DNA from: Promethearchaeota archaeon | GTDB lineage: Archaea; Asgardarchaeota; Lokiarchaeia; Sigyniarchaeales; SOKP01 | Assembly (NCBI GenBank): GCA_048939015.1 | Contig: JBHLPW010000006.1 | Location: forward strand, 32,001 to 96,000 | Reading direction: 5' to 3' | DNA: 64,000 nucleotides | Shown: piece by piece, positions 44,479 to 55,305 of the stretch | How positions within the stretch are numbered: the first letter of the stretch is position 1 | Layout of the letters: each line of letters begins with the position of its first letter | Program-made: the position numbers and the translations under genes | The notes under the pieces: generated by a model | The model's input: the letters and a program-made list of their open reading frames with translations, nothing else | Databases searched by the model: none | Told to the model about the DNA's origin: nothing

Positions 44479-46866
44479 GTGTCAATGAAAAGAACCTTAA
44501 AACTAAAAAATCAATTACTGTCATGTAAATATGAATTATGTATAGAGCGTATGAAATATTTTACGGAGATCTATAACAGATATCCTGATAATCCAGAAAT
44601 AATAAAAAGAGCGAAAGCCATAGCATATACTCTAGAAAACATGACAATTTTCATCAGAGATGATGAGTTTTTAGTTGGGAATGAAACAAGTAAAAATTTA
44701 GGTGAAAAAATTTGTCTTGACTTGTATTCTTATGATGATACATTTGATGATCATACTGGCATAAAGCAATATGAAAAAAGGAAACTGCAACCGTTTTTTA
44801 TGGAAGAAAGGACTATTAATGATTTATTAGAGATAATCCCTTTTTGGAAAGGTAGAGCTTTGTATAGTGATATTATCAACCAAAAAGCTTTAGATGAAAA
44901 TTTAATTACAGGAATGGATAGAATTGCTTCAGCCGCACCAAATATTGCAATAGCAAATGGGACTAATGAAGGTCATATATGCATTGGATATGATAAACTC
45001 CTAAAATTAGGGTATAATGGAATTATTAAAGAAGCAGAATCATATCAATTAAAATTAGAAACCAATGATCCTGAATTTAAAAATAAATATAATTTTTACG
45101 AAGCTGTAAAGATATGCTATCATGCAGCCATTCAATTTTCAAGGAGATTTTCTGAGCTTGCATTTAAAATGGCGTTAAATGGAAAAAATAAGCAGAGAAA
45201 GAAAGAACTTGAAATCATTGGAGCCATGATGGAGAAATTTACTGAGAGTACACCTGATTCATTTTATGAAGCTGTTCAACTCATACATTTTACACAAAAT
45301 ATCATAAATATAATTTATCAAAGAAGTGTAGTTGCATTAGGTCGGTTAGATCAAATACTTTGGCCATATTATAAAAAAGATTTTGAAACTAACAAGATTA
45401 CAAGAGCTTCTGCATTAGAATTAATTGAAGAACTAAATTTGAAATTAACTTGGAATGTAACATTATTACCATCAGACTATTCAACTGTCTCAAATGCGCT
45501 TGGATTAAATACACAAACAATAACTATTTCAGGCGTAGATAAAGAAGGAAAAGATATTACGAATGAAATTTCCTATTTATTTCTTGAAGCATATAAGAAT
45601 TTAAAATCTCTAACTACAGATCTCTCCATAAGAGTTCATAATAACACCCCAGATAAATTCCTAAAAGAAGCATTAAAAGTATTTCAATCAACTTCTGGAA
45701 TTGCTTTTTATAACGATGAAATAATTATTCCTGCTATGGAGGGTGCAGGATATTCCAGAGAAGATGCAAATAATTATGCAATAATAGGATGCGTAGAACC
45801 TGCAAGCCAAGGAAATACGTTTGCAGCAACGGGTCGAATATTTATTAATTTACCTGGTGTTCTTGAACTTGCATTAAATAATGGATTTTGTAATTTAACA
45901 AATCAAATAAGTGGATTAGAAACTGGAGATCCTATTAACTTTACTACTTATGAGATTTTTTACCAAGCTTTCATTCACCAATTACGCTATAATATTGAGA
46001 AATCGGTAAAAATTGCTAAAATAGGAGATAAGGATACAATGAAGTTTTTTCCACAACCATTTGTTTCTGCTATTATTAAAGGTTGCATGGAGAATGGCAA
46101 GGATTACACTGCTGGTGGAGCGATATATAATTTTTCTTCTATAACGGCTTATGGATTTGCTACTCTAGTTGATTCAATATACAATATAAAAAAATTAGTC
46201 TATGAAGAGAAAATGATGAATTTATCTGAACTTGTACAAATATTAAATTCAAATTTCACTGGACAAAAAGAATTCAGACAGCGATTAATACATAAATATA
46301 ATAAATGGGGAAATGATAAAGAAGATATTGATCAGCTTGCAAAGGAATTGTGGGATGTGTTCTGTTCTGAAGTAGTTAATCATAAGTGTATTCGAAATGG
46401 TCGATATAATCCAGGAGCTTATTCTATGGGCATCCATGTAATAGAGGGTTTTTTTACTAAAGCCTCTGCAGATGGAAGAAGATCAATGCAACCCTTATCT
46501 AACAGTCTTTCCCCTGTAAATCACATGGAAAAAAATGGTTTAACTGCTACATTAAATTCAATTTCAAATCTAGATTATAGTTTAAGTATTAATGGAGTTG
46601 CTGTAAATATTAGAATCCATCCTCAGAATCTTTCAAGTGAAGAAAATATAAATAAATTGTGTTATCTTTTAAAAGGTTATTTTGATAAAGGAGGGATGCA
46701 ACTACAACCAAATGTGGTCTCAACAGAAACTTTAAGAGATGCTCAGAAACATCCAAAAAAGTATCCTGATTTGATTGTAAAAGTAGGAGGATATAATGCA
46801 ACCTTTATCGACCTCGGGACTCCAATTCAAGATGATATAATTAGTAGATTAGAACATGATTTTTAA
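44479..46866 (+). CDS. Glycyl radical enzyme (PFL2/eliminase class)
   Basis: GRLDQ.L.PYY, Cys loop GCVEP, KWGND, ADGR, C-terminal glycyl motif LIVKVGGY. Confidence 0.92.
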   Translation: MSMKRTLKLKNQLLSCKYELCIERMKYFTEIYNRYPDNPEIIKRAKAIAYTLENMTIFIRDDEFLVGNETSKNLGEKICLDLYSYDDTFDDHTGIKQYEKRKLQPFFMEERTINDLLEIIPFWKGRALYSDIINQKALDENLITGMDRIASAAPNIAIANGTNEGHICIGYDKLLKLGYNGIIKEAESYQLKLETNDPEFKNKYNFYEAVKICYHAAIQFSRRFSELAFKMALNGKNKQRKKELEIIGAMMEKFTESTPDSFYEAVQLIHFTQNIINIIYQRSVVALGRLDQILWPYYKKDFETNKITRASALELIEELNLKLTWNVTLLPSDYSTVSNALGLNTQTITISGVDKEGKDITNEISYLFLEAYKNLKSLTTDLSIRVHNNTPDKFLKEALKVFQSTSGIAFYNDEIIIPAMEGAGYSREDANNYAIIGCVEPASQGNTFAATGRIFINLPGVLELALNNGFCNLTNQISGLETGDPINFTTYEIFYQAFIHQLRYNIEKSVKIAKIGDKDTMKFFPQPFVSAIIKGCMENGKDYTAGGAIYNFSSITAYGFATLVDSIYNIKKLVYEEKMMNLSELVQILNSNFTGQKEFRQRLIHKYNKWGNDKEDIDQLAKELWDVFCSEVVNHKCIRNGRYNPGAYSMGIHVIEGFFTKASADGRRSMQPLSNSLSPVNHMEKNGLTATLNSISNLDYSLSINGVAVNIRIHPQNLSSEENINKLCYLLKGYFDKGGMQLQPNVVSTETLRDAQKHPKKYPDLIVKVGGYNATFIDLGTPIQDDIISRLEHDF

Positions 46867-46933
46867 ATTCAAAAAAAAAAATTCAAACAAACATTCTTCC
46901 AGGAAAAAGTACCTTTCCTATCTTTTTATTTTT

Positions 46934-48373
46934 TTAATAGCCAAGTTCTTGTAGTTTAACTTTATTTTCTAGAACTTTTTCTTGAGTGAGAGGATAAAGT
47001 TTCCAAAAAATAAGTGTACCTATTAAAAGGACCAACATAGGAATAATTCCGCACAGAAGACGAATACCCCCAATAACTAAATCTACATTTGCTCCAGATG
47101 CAACTAAAGCGTCATAATCTTCGAGTCCAGCATTAAAACCAGTAAGAGTAAATACAAATGTAATTAATACTTCATCAATAAAAGCTGTCATTAGGCTTAA
47201 AACCGCCCAAGTCCCAACGAGTATACCTTTCTGGTTTTTTCCAGTACGCACAACAAAATCATCTTGTATGTTCGAAAACATTACGGGTTTTCCAATTGTC
47301 CATACACACCCATTACCAAAGCCCACCAAAAATGATATAATCATTAAATCAATAAATGTTTGGAAAAAAGTTAATGGTACAATAACTCCACATAATATAA
47401 AGCTTCCGATAAGATATGTTTTCTTATTGTTATTCATTCTCTTTAGCAATTTGATCCATACCGGAACAGAAATTAATGATCCAAGAAGAAATATTGCGAA
47501 AATTAATGTCATTGCATCAGGATCATTGAAACGCAAAATAAACGTTGTTAAATACGTTACCATAGTTACTATTATTGTTGTAGCCACAAGAAAGGCGACG
47601 TACGCAGCATAAAAAGCCATAAAACTTTTATGTTTAATAACTTGTCGTAGGCCCTTAAACACATTCAAAGGTTTATATTCTCTTGAGTAGTAGCGATCAA
47701 TAATTATTTTATCTTCGCGGGCTCCAGAGATAAATATAAACCCAAATATAATAGTTATTAATGCTAAAATCGCTGCCATAACTATGTACGATAACTTTGT
47801 GGGTCCAAAAAACAGAAGAAGTGGTGGAAGCATCAGTGCAAGTACTGATGCGACCATATCAAAGAATCCCCAAGATCCTGCATATTTCCTTCTTTCTGTT
47901 TCGGTTCGAAATTTGTCAGCACGAAGTATTGATACATGAATATCTACAAGTGTGATAAATAAATCATATAAGAACAGGGAGAACCAAAGCCATAACATTA
48001 CTGGTAAAGGATTCGATGGATCTAATTTTGGAGGAGCAAAGATCATGATTAAAGATAAAGAATGTGGAATAAATCCAATTGCTATCCATGGAAAGCGTCG
48101 ACCCCATTTTCTTGTCCACTTAAAATTCCGGTCAGTTAGCCACCCAATTAAAGGGTCGTTAAGACCACCCCAAACAGTATTTATAGCAATAACCGTCAAT
48201 ATCCAAATAGGAGCAAGACCTATTACTGTGTGATAATAAAAAAACATGAAAACATCCATTGTTACTGGTGGGATCGTCCAGAGGATATTGTATGAACCAA
48301 AAGATACATAAGTCCAAAAAGAATGCCTTGAAGTATCTTCATTTTGAGACAAAAAAATCACCAATTTGACCAT
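46934..48373 (-). CDS. MFS transporter, GPH/MelB (glycoside-pentoside-hexuronide) family
   Basis: NDPLIGW.TD...RWGRR.PW motif, multiple TM helices. Confidence 0.88.
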   Translation of the reverse strand: MVKLVIFLSQNEDTSRHSFWTYVSFGSYNILWTIPPVTMDVFMFFYYHTVIGLAPIWILTVIAINTVWGGLNDPLIGWLTDRNFKWTRKWGRRFPWIAIGFIPHSLSLIMIFAPPKLDPSNPLPVMLWLWFSLFLYDLFITLVDIHVSILRADKFRTETERRKYAGSWGFFDMVASVLALMLPPLLLFFGPTKLSYIVMAAILALITIIFGFIFISGAREDKIIIDRYYSREYKPLNVFKGLRQVIKHKSFMAFYAAYVAFLVATTIIVTMVTYLTTFILRFNDPDAMTLIFAIFLLGSLISVPVWIKLLKRMNNNKKTYLIGSFILCGVIVPLTFFQTFIDLMIISFLVGFGNGCVWTIGKPVMFSNIQDDFVVRTGKNQKGILVGTWAVLSLMTAFIDEVLITFVFTLTGFNAGLEDYDALVASGANVDLVIGGIRLLCGIIPMLVLLIGTLIFWKLYPLTQEKVLENKVKLQELGY

Positions 48374-48382
48374 AATTTTAAA

Positions 48383-49822
48383 TTAAAAGCCAAGTTTTTT
48401 TAGCTTAGCTTTATTTTCTAGAACCTTTTCTTGAGTGAGAGGATAAAATTTCCAAAAGACTAGTGTACCTGCTAAGAGAACCAACATAGGGATAACTCCC
48501 AAAAGTAGACGAATACCCCAAATAACCAAATTTACATTTGCACCAGATGCAACTAAAGCTGTATAATTCTTAAGTCCAGCATTAAAGCCCGTGAGAGTGA
48601 ATACCAATGTAATTAATGCCTCGTCAATAAAAGAGGTTAAGAGTCCTAAGATTTCCCAAGTACCAACAAGTATACCTTTCTGATTTTTCCCAGTACGTAC
48701 AACAAAATCATCTTGTGTATTCGAATACAAAACTGGTATTCCAATTGTCAACACACACCCAGTACCGAATCCAGTTAAAAACGCAATTATCATTAAGTCA
48801 ATATATGTTTGGAAAAAAGTGAGGGGGAGAATAAAACAACATAATACAAAGCTTCCAATAAGATATGTTTTTTTATTGTTATTCAATTTTTTTAAAATTT
48901 TGAGCCATATTGGAATAGAAATTAATGTTCCTAAGAGGAGTACTGCATAAATTAATGTCATCACATCTGGATTATCAGACCGCATAACAAACGTTATTGT
49001 ATAAGATACCATGGCTATTATTATTGTTGTAGAACATAAAAAGGCAATATATGCTGCATAGAGAGCAGTAAAACTTTTCTGTTTAAGAACTAACCTAAGG
49101 CCCTTAAACACTTTAAGTGGTTTATAATCTCTTGAATAGTAGCGATCAATAATAGTTTTGTCCTCCCGAGCTCCAGGGAGAAATGTAATGCCAAATATAA
49201 TCGTTATTAAAGATAAAATTGATGCCATAACGGTATATGATAATCTTGTGGGGCCAAAAAAAAGAAGAAGTGGTGGGAGCATCATTCCAATTACTGTAGC
49301 AGTCATTTCAAAGACACCCCAAGATCCTGAAAATTTCCTTCTTTCTAGTTCAGTTCGAAATTTATCTGCACGAAGTATTGCTACATGGACATTTACAAGT
49401 GTGATAAATAAATCATATAAGAAAAAAGAGAGTATAAGCCATAACATTATTGGTAAAGGATTTGTTGGATCTGCTTGTGGAGCACTAAAAATCATGATTA
49501 AAGCTAAGGACTGTGGGATAAATCCGATTGCTATCCATGGAAAGCGTCGACCCCACTTTTTTGTCCACTTAAAATTTCGATCAGTTAACCATCCAATCAA
49601 TGGGTCATTAAAACTATCCCAAATAGTATTTATAAAAACACAAAGCAATATCCATATTGGCGCAAGACCTATTACTGTATGATAATAGAAAAACATGAAA
49701 ACATCCATTGTTGATACTGGAATTGTCCAAAGGATATTGTATGTACCGAAAGATACATAAGTCCAAAAAGAATGCCTTGAAGTTTGAGTTTCTTCAATAA
49801 CAGACATAAAAACCACCAACAC
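48383..49822 (-). CDS. MFS transporter, GPH/MelB family (close tandem paralog)
   Basis: Same motifs; high similarity to 46934-48373. Confidence 0.88.
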   Translation of the reverse strand: MLVVFMSVIEETQTSRHSFWTYVSFGTYNILWTIPVSTMDVFMFFYYHTVIGLAPIWILLCVFINTIWDSFNDPLIGWLTDRNFKWTKKWGRRFPWIAIGFIPQSLALIMIFSAPQADPTNPLPIMLWLILSFFLYDLFITLVNVHVAILRADKFRTELERRKFSGSWGVFEMTATVIGMMLPPLLLFFGPTRLSYTVMASILSLITIIFGITFLPGAREDKTIIDRYYSRDYKPLKVFKGLRLVLKQKSFTALYAAYIAFLCSTTIIIAMVSYTITFVMRSDNPDVMTLIYAVLLLGTLISIPIWLKILKKLNNNKKTYLIGSFVLCCFILPLTFFQTYIDLMIIAFLTGFGTGCVLTIGIPVLYSNTQDDFVVRTGKNQKGILVGTWEILGLLTSFIDEALITLVFTLTGFNAGLKNYTALVASGANVNLVIWGIRLLLGVIPMLVLLAGTLVFWKFYPLTQEKVLENKAKLKKLGF

Positions 49823-49983
49823 TAGATTTCTAGAAATTAAAACAATTTCTTTTAATGCATTTTTATAATTTAATTTTCTATTTTAAACATTCTCTTTTTT
49901 TTAAAAAGTGAAGTTTTAACTTTTAAGAAAATCGTGTGAGCCAAAATTGAATTGGATTGAGGTAATTATTTCAAAAATGTTAT

Positions 49984-51846
49984 TTATATTAATGGTTTTA
50001 ATGCTTTTTCTTTAGATTTATCATCTTTAAAAGGATCCCTGAATTGCATATCGTAAAGATGTTTATAGAATCCTCCTTTTTCAATTAAATCTTGATGTGA
50101 ACCTTGTTCAATAATTTTACCCTTATCCAAAACGATAATACGATCTGAATTAATAATTGTCGACAGTCTATGTGCTATCGAAACAGAGGTCTTTCCCTTT
50201 AACAATGTTTCTAAAGCTTCTTGGATTAAAAGCTCACTGTAAGGATCAATTGAAGAGGTAGCTTCATCAAAAATTAGAATCGGAGGATTTGAAATTAATG
50301 CTCTTGCAAAAGCAATTAGCTGTCGTTGACCTTCAGATAATCTACTTCCTCGTTCTCCAACAATAGTATCATAACCATTATTTAGACCCATTATTAATTC
50401 ATGAATATTAATCTTTTTAGCAACTTCGAATATTTCCTCATCGGTTGCGGATAATTTACCATATTTAATATTATCTTTAATGGTTCCTGTAAAGAGGAAA
50501 TTATCTTGAAGTACAATTCCTAAATTTTCTCTAAGATTTTTAATTTTTATATCTTTCAAATCAGTTTTGTCAATTTCTATCTTCCCACTAGTAGGATCGT
50601 AAAACCTACATAACATTTTAATGAATGTACTTTTTCCCGCACCTGTATATCCCACTACTGCTAATCTTTCTTTTTCCTTTATAGCTAAGTTAATATTATT
50701 TATAACAGGTAAATTCTCTTTATATGAAAAATTGACATTATTATAATCAATTTCTCCAATAATTCCATCAATTTCTATAGCGTCGCCTTTTTCTTTTATT
50801 AAAATATCTTCATCCAATAACTTTATTATTCGGGCGCCAGCTGCTAGAGAATCTTGTAGAACTGTACCAAAATTAATAAGAGAATACAATTGTTCAAAAA
50901 ATGTGAATATATAAAAGAAAAAGGCAACTAAAATTCCTTGAGTGAGTAGTCCCTGGCGTATTAATACTCCCGAAACAAAGAAGACAATGACAAATGACAC
51001 TGCAATAAAAACGAATACTATTCCAGGTACAACTGCTGTTAACTTAGCTGCTTTCATTGTCATATGTCTTTCTAATTTTGTAGCAACGTTAAATTCTCTA
51101 AAATTATTTTCTTCAACTGTAAATGATTGAATTACTTTCATTCCCATAATAGATTCATCCAAAATGCTAGTTACATTAGAAACACTTTCTCTTAACGGTT
51201 TGAAATATTTTCTAGCTATTCTAAAAATAATTAGAGCAATAACAATAAGTATTGGTAAAATCATAAATAATACTAAAGTTAAAATGGGACTAAGTACTAT
51301 CATAAAAAAGACTGACCCAAAAACTAAGAAAGCATTACCTATTGCAACTAACAATCCCGATTGAATTAATTCTTGGATTGTATTTACATCTGCAGTAAGA
51401 TAATTTATCTCTTTTCCAGTTGTCATTTTAGTACTTTCATGATAATCCAATCCTAATTTTTGAAATTTCTCAAATAAATCATGCCGTAAATTATGCATAG
51501 TTATAATTGCTAGTTTCTGAATGATAAAATCTTGGATAATTCTAAATACTACTCCAGCTATGGTCGCAATGAAAAAAATCGTTCCGAGTAAAATTATGAT
51601 ATCTATATTACCTTCTGTCGCTCCAATTCCTCCTCCTAATCCATCATCCACTAGTGATTTAAAGACTAAAGGTGACAACCAACCAATGATTACATTTAAA
51701 ATTAAGAGGATAACTAATGGAATAACTAATCGTTTTTTTCCAGCACCTACGTGTTGAATTAATTTCTTTAATATAATGAAGGATCTAATTTTTCTTGTAT
51801 CAATTGTATCAGAGTTTTCCTGTTTTTTCTTTCTTTTCATACCCAT
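49984..51846 (-). CDS. ABC exporter half-transporter (TMD+NBD), consensus Walker B subunit
   Basis: GYTGAGKS, LSEGQ, FDEAT, AHRL. Confidence 0.92.
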   Translation of the reverse strand: MGMKRKKKQENSDTIDTRKIRSFIILKKLIQHVGAGKKRLVIPLVILLILNVIIGWLSPLVFKSLVDDGLGGGIGATEGNIDIIILLGTIFFIATIAGVVFRIIQDFIIQKLAIITMHNLRHDLFEKFQKLGLDYHESTKMTTGKEINYLTADVNTIQELIQSGLLVAIGNAFLVFGSVFFMIVLSPILTLVLFMILPILIVIALIIFRIARKYFKPLRESVSNVTSILDESIMGMKVIQSFTVEENNFREFNVATKLERHMTMKAAKLTAVVPGIVFVFIAVSFVIVFFVSGVLIRQGLLTQGILVAFFFYIFTFFEQLYSLINFGTVLQDSLAAGARIIKLLDEDILIKEKGDAIEIDGIIGEIDYNNVNFSYKENLPVINNINLAIKEKERLAVVGYTGAGKSTFIKMLCRFYDPTSGKIEIDKTDLKDIKIKNLRENLGIVLQDNFLFTGTIKDNIKYGKLSATDEEIFEVAKKINIHELIMGLNNGYDTIVGERGSRLSEGQRQLIAFARALISNPPILIFDEATSSIDPYSELLIQEALETLLKGKTSVSIAHRLSTIINSDRIIVLDKGKIIEQGSHQDLIEKGGFYKHLYDMQFRDPFKDDKSKEKALKPLI

Positions 51847-53654
51847 TGTGCTTTCTCCTCAATTTTTAAACTTAAATATAATTTTTTATATATTCCTTCA
51901 TCCTGATCCATCAATTCTTCATGTGAGCCTATCTGGGAAATTTCACCATCTTTTAAAACAATTATCCTATCAGCATTTCTCACACTGGATAACCTTTGAG
52001 TTATCAAAAAAGTAGTTGAATCTTTAAAAATTTTTTTGAAATGTTTTTGGATTCTATATTCTGTATCTACATCTACAGAGCTAGTTGCATCATCTAAAAT
52101 TAGAATTTTGGGCTTTATAGCAAGCGCTCGCGCAATTGTTATTCTTTGCTTTTGACCTCCTGATAATGTTGTTCCTCCTTCACTTATTCTGGTTTCGTAT
52201 TTTTGTGGTAATTCCTCTTCAATAAAATTATGAATATCGGAGACCATAGCTACTTTTTTGATATCTTCTAAATCAATCTTTCTATTTCCAAATCCAATGT
52301 TTTCTCTTATAGAACGATAAAATAAAAAGCATTCCTGGGAAACATAACCAATCTGGCTTCTTAAAGATTTAAATGTAACATCTCCAATATCAATATCATC
52401 TATTAAGATTTGTCCTTTAGAAATTTCATGAAATCTTGGAATTAGTTTAACTAGAGATGATTTCCCTGAACCTGTAGCGCCGAGTATAGCGATATTTTCG
52501 CCAGGTTTTACCTTTAAGTTGATATTTTTTAAAACATAATGGTTGCCATCATCATTGTAACTAAAATAAACATTTTTAAATTCAATATTCCCTTTAATCG
52601 AAGGTAATTCTATAGCATCTTCCTTCTCTTTAACATCAATTTTAGAATTTAATATTTGAGTAATTCTTTCACATGTTTCTGTAATTTGAGGCATATTACC
52701 CAAAAATCTTGAAATAAAGTATAAAGGATCTATCGTAAAATTCAATACAATTACAAAAGCAAATAAGTCACCAAACGTTAGGTTTCCATTAAGAACAAAT
52801 ATACTTCCTAATAGTATTACTATTAAAAAAGCTATGTTATCGATAAGATAGATTATGGGATCAAAAATAGATTGCAATTTGATCATACCCATTGAATCTT
52901 TCCTATAAGCTTTATTTTCTTTTTTGAATTTCTTCATTTCATATGGTTCTCTTGCAAAAGATTTAACAACTGTAATTCCTTGCCAGTTTTCTTGGATTGT
53001 CCGTGTTAAATCTGAATATAGTTCTCTGGACTTTTTAAATAAAGATCTCATTTTTTTTCTGAAGATTATTAATGAGTAAAACAAAACGGGTGAAACTATT
53101 AAAATAAATAATGATAACTCTAAATTGATAATACTTAGGATTAGGAAACTAAATCCTAAAGTTGCAGCTTCTCTAACAAAAGATTGTAAATTATTTCCAA
53201 AGAATTCTTTAAGAAGATTGACATCACTAGTTGTTCGAGATATTAGATCTCCCGTTTTATGTTTATCAAACCATTTAAAGCTCATTAATTGAAGAGTCAT
53301 AAATAGATCGTCCCGTAAATTAAAAATTATATTTGCCCCGATCCATCTATTGACATAAATACGGAAACCATAAAGGATTCCTACAATTGACTGAATAAGA
53401 ATGATATTAATAAAGACTGGAAACATATTGTCAATTGGGATAGCAGGATCCATCAAAATATCTAAACTTAGCCCTAAGTATAAGGGAAATGTTAGAAATA
53501 AAAGGGATTGGAAAAGGCCTACTATTAGATCGCTGATAAAAATCCATTTATAATCCCAAAGATAAGATAATATTTGCCTAAAACTAGTTTTATATTTACT
53601 TTCTAAAAATTTCCTTCTTTTTTTTAAGAAAAGATTTCTATAATTGGGTTTCAT
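51837..53654 (-). CDS. ABC exporter half-transporter (TMD+NBD), degenerate-site subunit of a heterodimer
   Basis: GATGSGKS, LSGGQ, Walker B LDD and switch TQRL, as in TM287/288-type heterodimers. Confidence 0.92.
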   Translation of the reverse strand: MKPNYRNLFLKKRRKFLESKYKTSFRQILSYLWDYKWIFISDLIVGLFQSLLFLTFPLYLGLSLDILMDPAIPIDNMFPVFINIILIQSIVGILYGFRIYVNRWIGANIIFNLRDDLFMTLQLMSFKWFDKHKTGDLISRTTSDVNLLKEFFGNNLQSFVREAATLGFSFLILSIINLELSLFILIVSPVLFYSLIIFRKKMRSLFKKSRELYSDLTRTIQENWQGITVVKSFAREPYEMKKFKKENKAYRKDSMGMIKLQSIFDPIIYLIDNIAFLIVILLGSIFVLNGNLTFGDLFAFVIVLNFTIDPLYFISRFLGNMPQITETCERITQILNSKIDVKEKEDAIELPSIKGNIEFKNVYFSYNDDGNHYVLKNINLKVKPGENIAILGATGSGKSSLVKLIPRFHEISKGQILIDDIDIGDVTFKSLRSQIGYVSQECFLFYRSIRENIGFGNRKIDLEDIKKVAMVSDIHNFIEEELPQKYETRISEGGTTLSGGQKQRITIARALAIKPKILILDDATSSVDVDTEYRIQKHFKKIFKDSTTFLITQRLSSVRNADRIIVLKDGEISQIGSHEELMDQDEGIYKKLYLSLKIEEKAQWV

Positions 53655-53736
53655 ATAGAATTATTATTCATCTTTATAAAATAATTTTTATCACATCTGA
53701 ATGTGAAATTAAATTTTAAAAATAACCTGATAAATA

Positions 53737-54240
53737 TTGCCAAATTGCTTTTATTGTAGTATTAGTATCAGATATATACCGTATAGGTGTAAATATTGTG
53801 GTATGGTTTTTTGTAATAAACATAGGCTTCCAGAAAACCATGCTTGTCCTTTCGATCTAAGATCAAAAGATTTTATTCTTGAATCTTTAAAAGATCCACT
53901 CTATCAAGATGCACTAGATTATATGAATAAAGAATTAACTGTAGCAAAAATATATGACTATGTTACTGATAAGCAGATGACTAAATCAGAAGCTATAGAT
54001 CTATTAACATATTTTTTAGAAGTTAGTGATAATGTAGAAATTAAAAAAACGGCGGTTATGGCATTTAAAGTGTTAGAGCTTAAAGATAAAAAAGCATTTA
54101 AAGCTCTTGAAACTTACTTACTTTCAGAAGAAGATTCCAATATAAAAAAAGTTATAGCAAAAATAATGGTCCAAATATTTCCAAAAAAGAGTAGGGAGTT
54201 GTTGAATTGGATCAAAATGCATGAAAAAGATTTTCAATAA
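53737..54240 (+). CDS. AN1-type zinc finger protein with C-terminal HEAT-like helices
   Basis: C..C....PY.C.YC...FC..HRLPE.H.C. Confidence 0.85.
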   Translation: MPNCFYCSISIRYIPYRCKYCGMVFCNKHRLPENHACPFDLRSKDFILESLKDPLYQDALDYMNKELTVAKIYDYVTDKQMTKSEAIDLLTYFLEVSDNVEIKKTAVMAFKVLELKDKKAFKALETYLLSEEDSNIKKVIAKIMVQIFPKKSRELLNWIKMHEKDFQ

Positions 54241-54389
54241 AAAGCTTGAAAATTATCGATCTTTTTACAAACTTGTACTATAACTATTTAAGTAATCTAA
54301 TTTTGCTTAAACTTTATAATATATAATTTATGTTGAATTATAACTAAATTCATAATTTTTATATTAAAAATACGAAAAGTTGAGATTCG

Positions 54390-55268
54390 ATGGGTTTTAT
54401 AAAAACAATAGGAAAACCATTTCTCATCTTAATACTTATCTATGTAATAATCATCCCAGTTACGATAATTCAAGTAGTTTTTCTTGGTGAACAAGGTGGT
54501 AGAGTTCCTTTATTAGGTCTTTCCAATAATATGCATGGACTAGTATTTTATTTTATTGTACCATTGGTTTTTCCATTAGCAACTGTCCTTCTTTTTTCTC
54601 GATTTATCACACCAGGTTTTCTTAAAGTTAAAGGGTTTATCTATAGACGTCATAAAAATGCCTATCTTAATCTGCCCTTTAATGTTTTCTTTATTAAAAA
54701 ATTTCTTAAGAGGGGAATTTATGTTTTTCTCTTAACACTTGGATTATTAGCTGTATTATTACCAATTATAGAACCTCATGCTGATGTATTAATTAATGAA
54801 GAATTTCTAGCTGGTTATATAGCGGAAGGTTTAAATCTATCTTATTTATTGCCAGTAGTAATGGTTGTGTCAGGTATGATTTTACCAATTGTTATCGGAT
54901 TATGGTCAATAGGGTGGATTTTAGAAGATTCTGGATTAATTCATTATAGTCTTAAAGGAAGACTTGATCAACTATTTGAAATTGAACCTGTTCATCTAAG
55001 ATATAACAGTTATTTAAAAGGGTATGCCGGTATCTCATCGATAATTTTATTGATAAAACTATTTCTTGAATTTGCTAGCCAAGGTGCTATAAGGAGAGTA
55101 GATGCTATAATGGTGTTGTTGATTCCACTTTTCAATATATTACATACAATTCCCCCATATTTATTATATGGCTTAGTAACAAGAAATTATAAAAATCTTA
55201 TTAAAGGTTTACCTGAAGCTAAAATTATCTCTGAAGATCAATTGCTTTTAAAAAAGGAAGAAGAATAA
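54390..55268 (+). CDS. Hypothetical multi-pass membrane protein
   Basis: About 6 hydrophobic segments and a W.LEDSG motif. Confidence 0.7.
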   Translation: MGFIKTIGKPFLILILIYVIIIPVTIIQVVFLGEQGGRVPLLGLSNNMHGLVFYFIVPLVFPLATVLLFSRFITPGFLKVKGFIYRRHKNAYLNLPFNVFFIKKFLKRGIYVFLLTLGLLAVLLPIIEPHADVLINEEFLAGYIAEGLNLSYLLPVVMVVSGMILPIVIGLWSIGWILEDSGLIHYSLKGRLDQLFEIEPVHLRYNSYLKGYAGISSIILLIKLFLEFASQGAIRRVDAIMVLLIPLFNILHTIPPYLLYGLVTRNYKNLIKGLPEAKIISEDQLLLKKEEE

Positions 55269-55305
55269 AATCTAAACTATTTTTATTTCTATTTTTATTT
55301 TTGTT

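Noticed and set aside
44479-46866. Pyruvate formate-lyase (pflB)
   Set aside because: It lacks the adjacent Cys-Cys active site; the single-Cys GCVEP loop indicates another GRE class.
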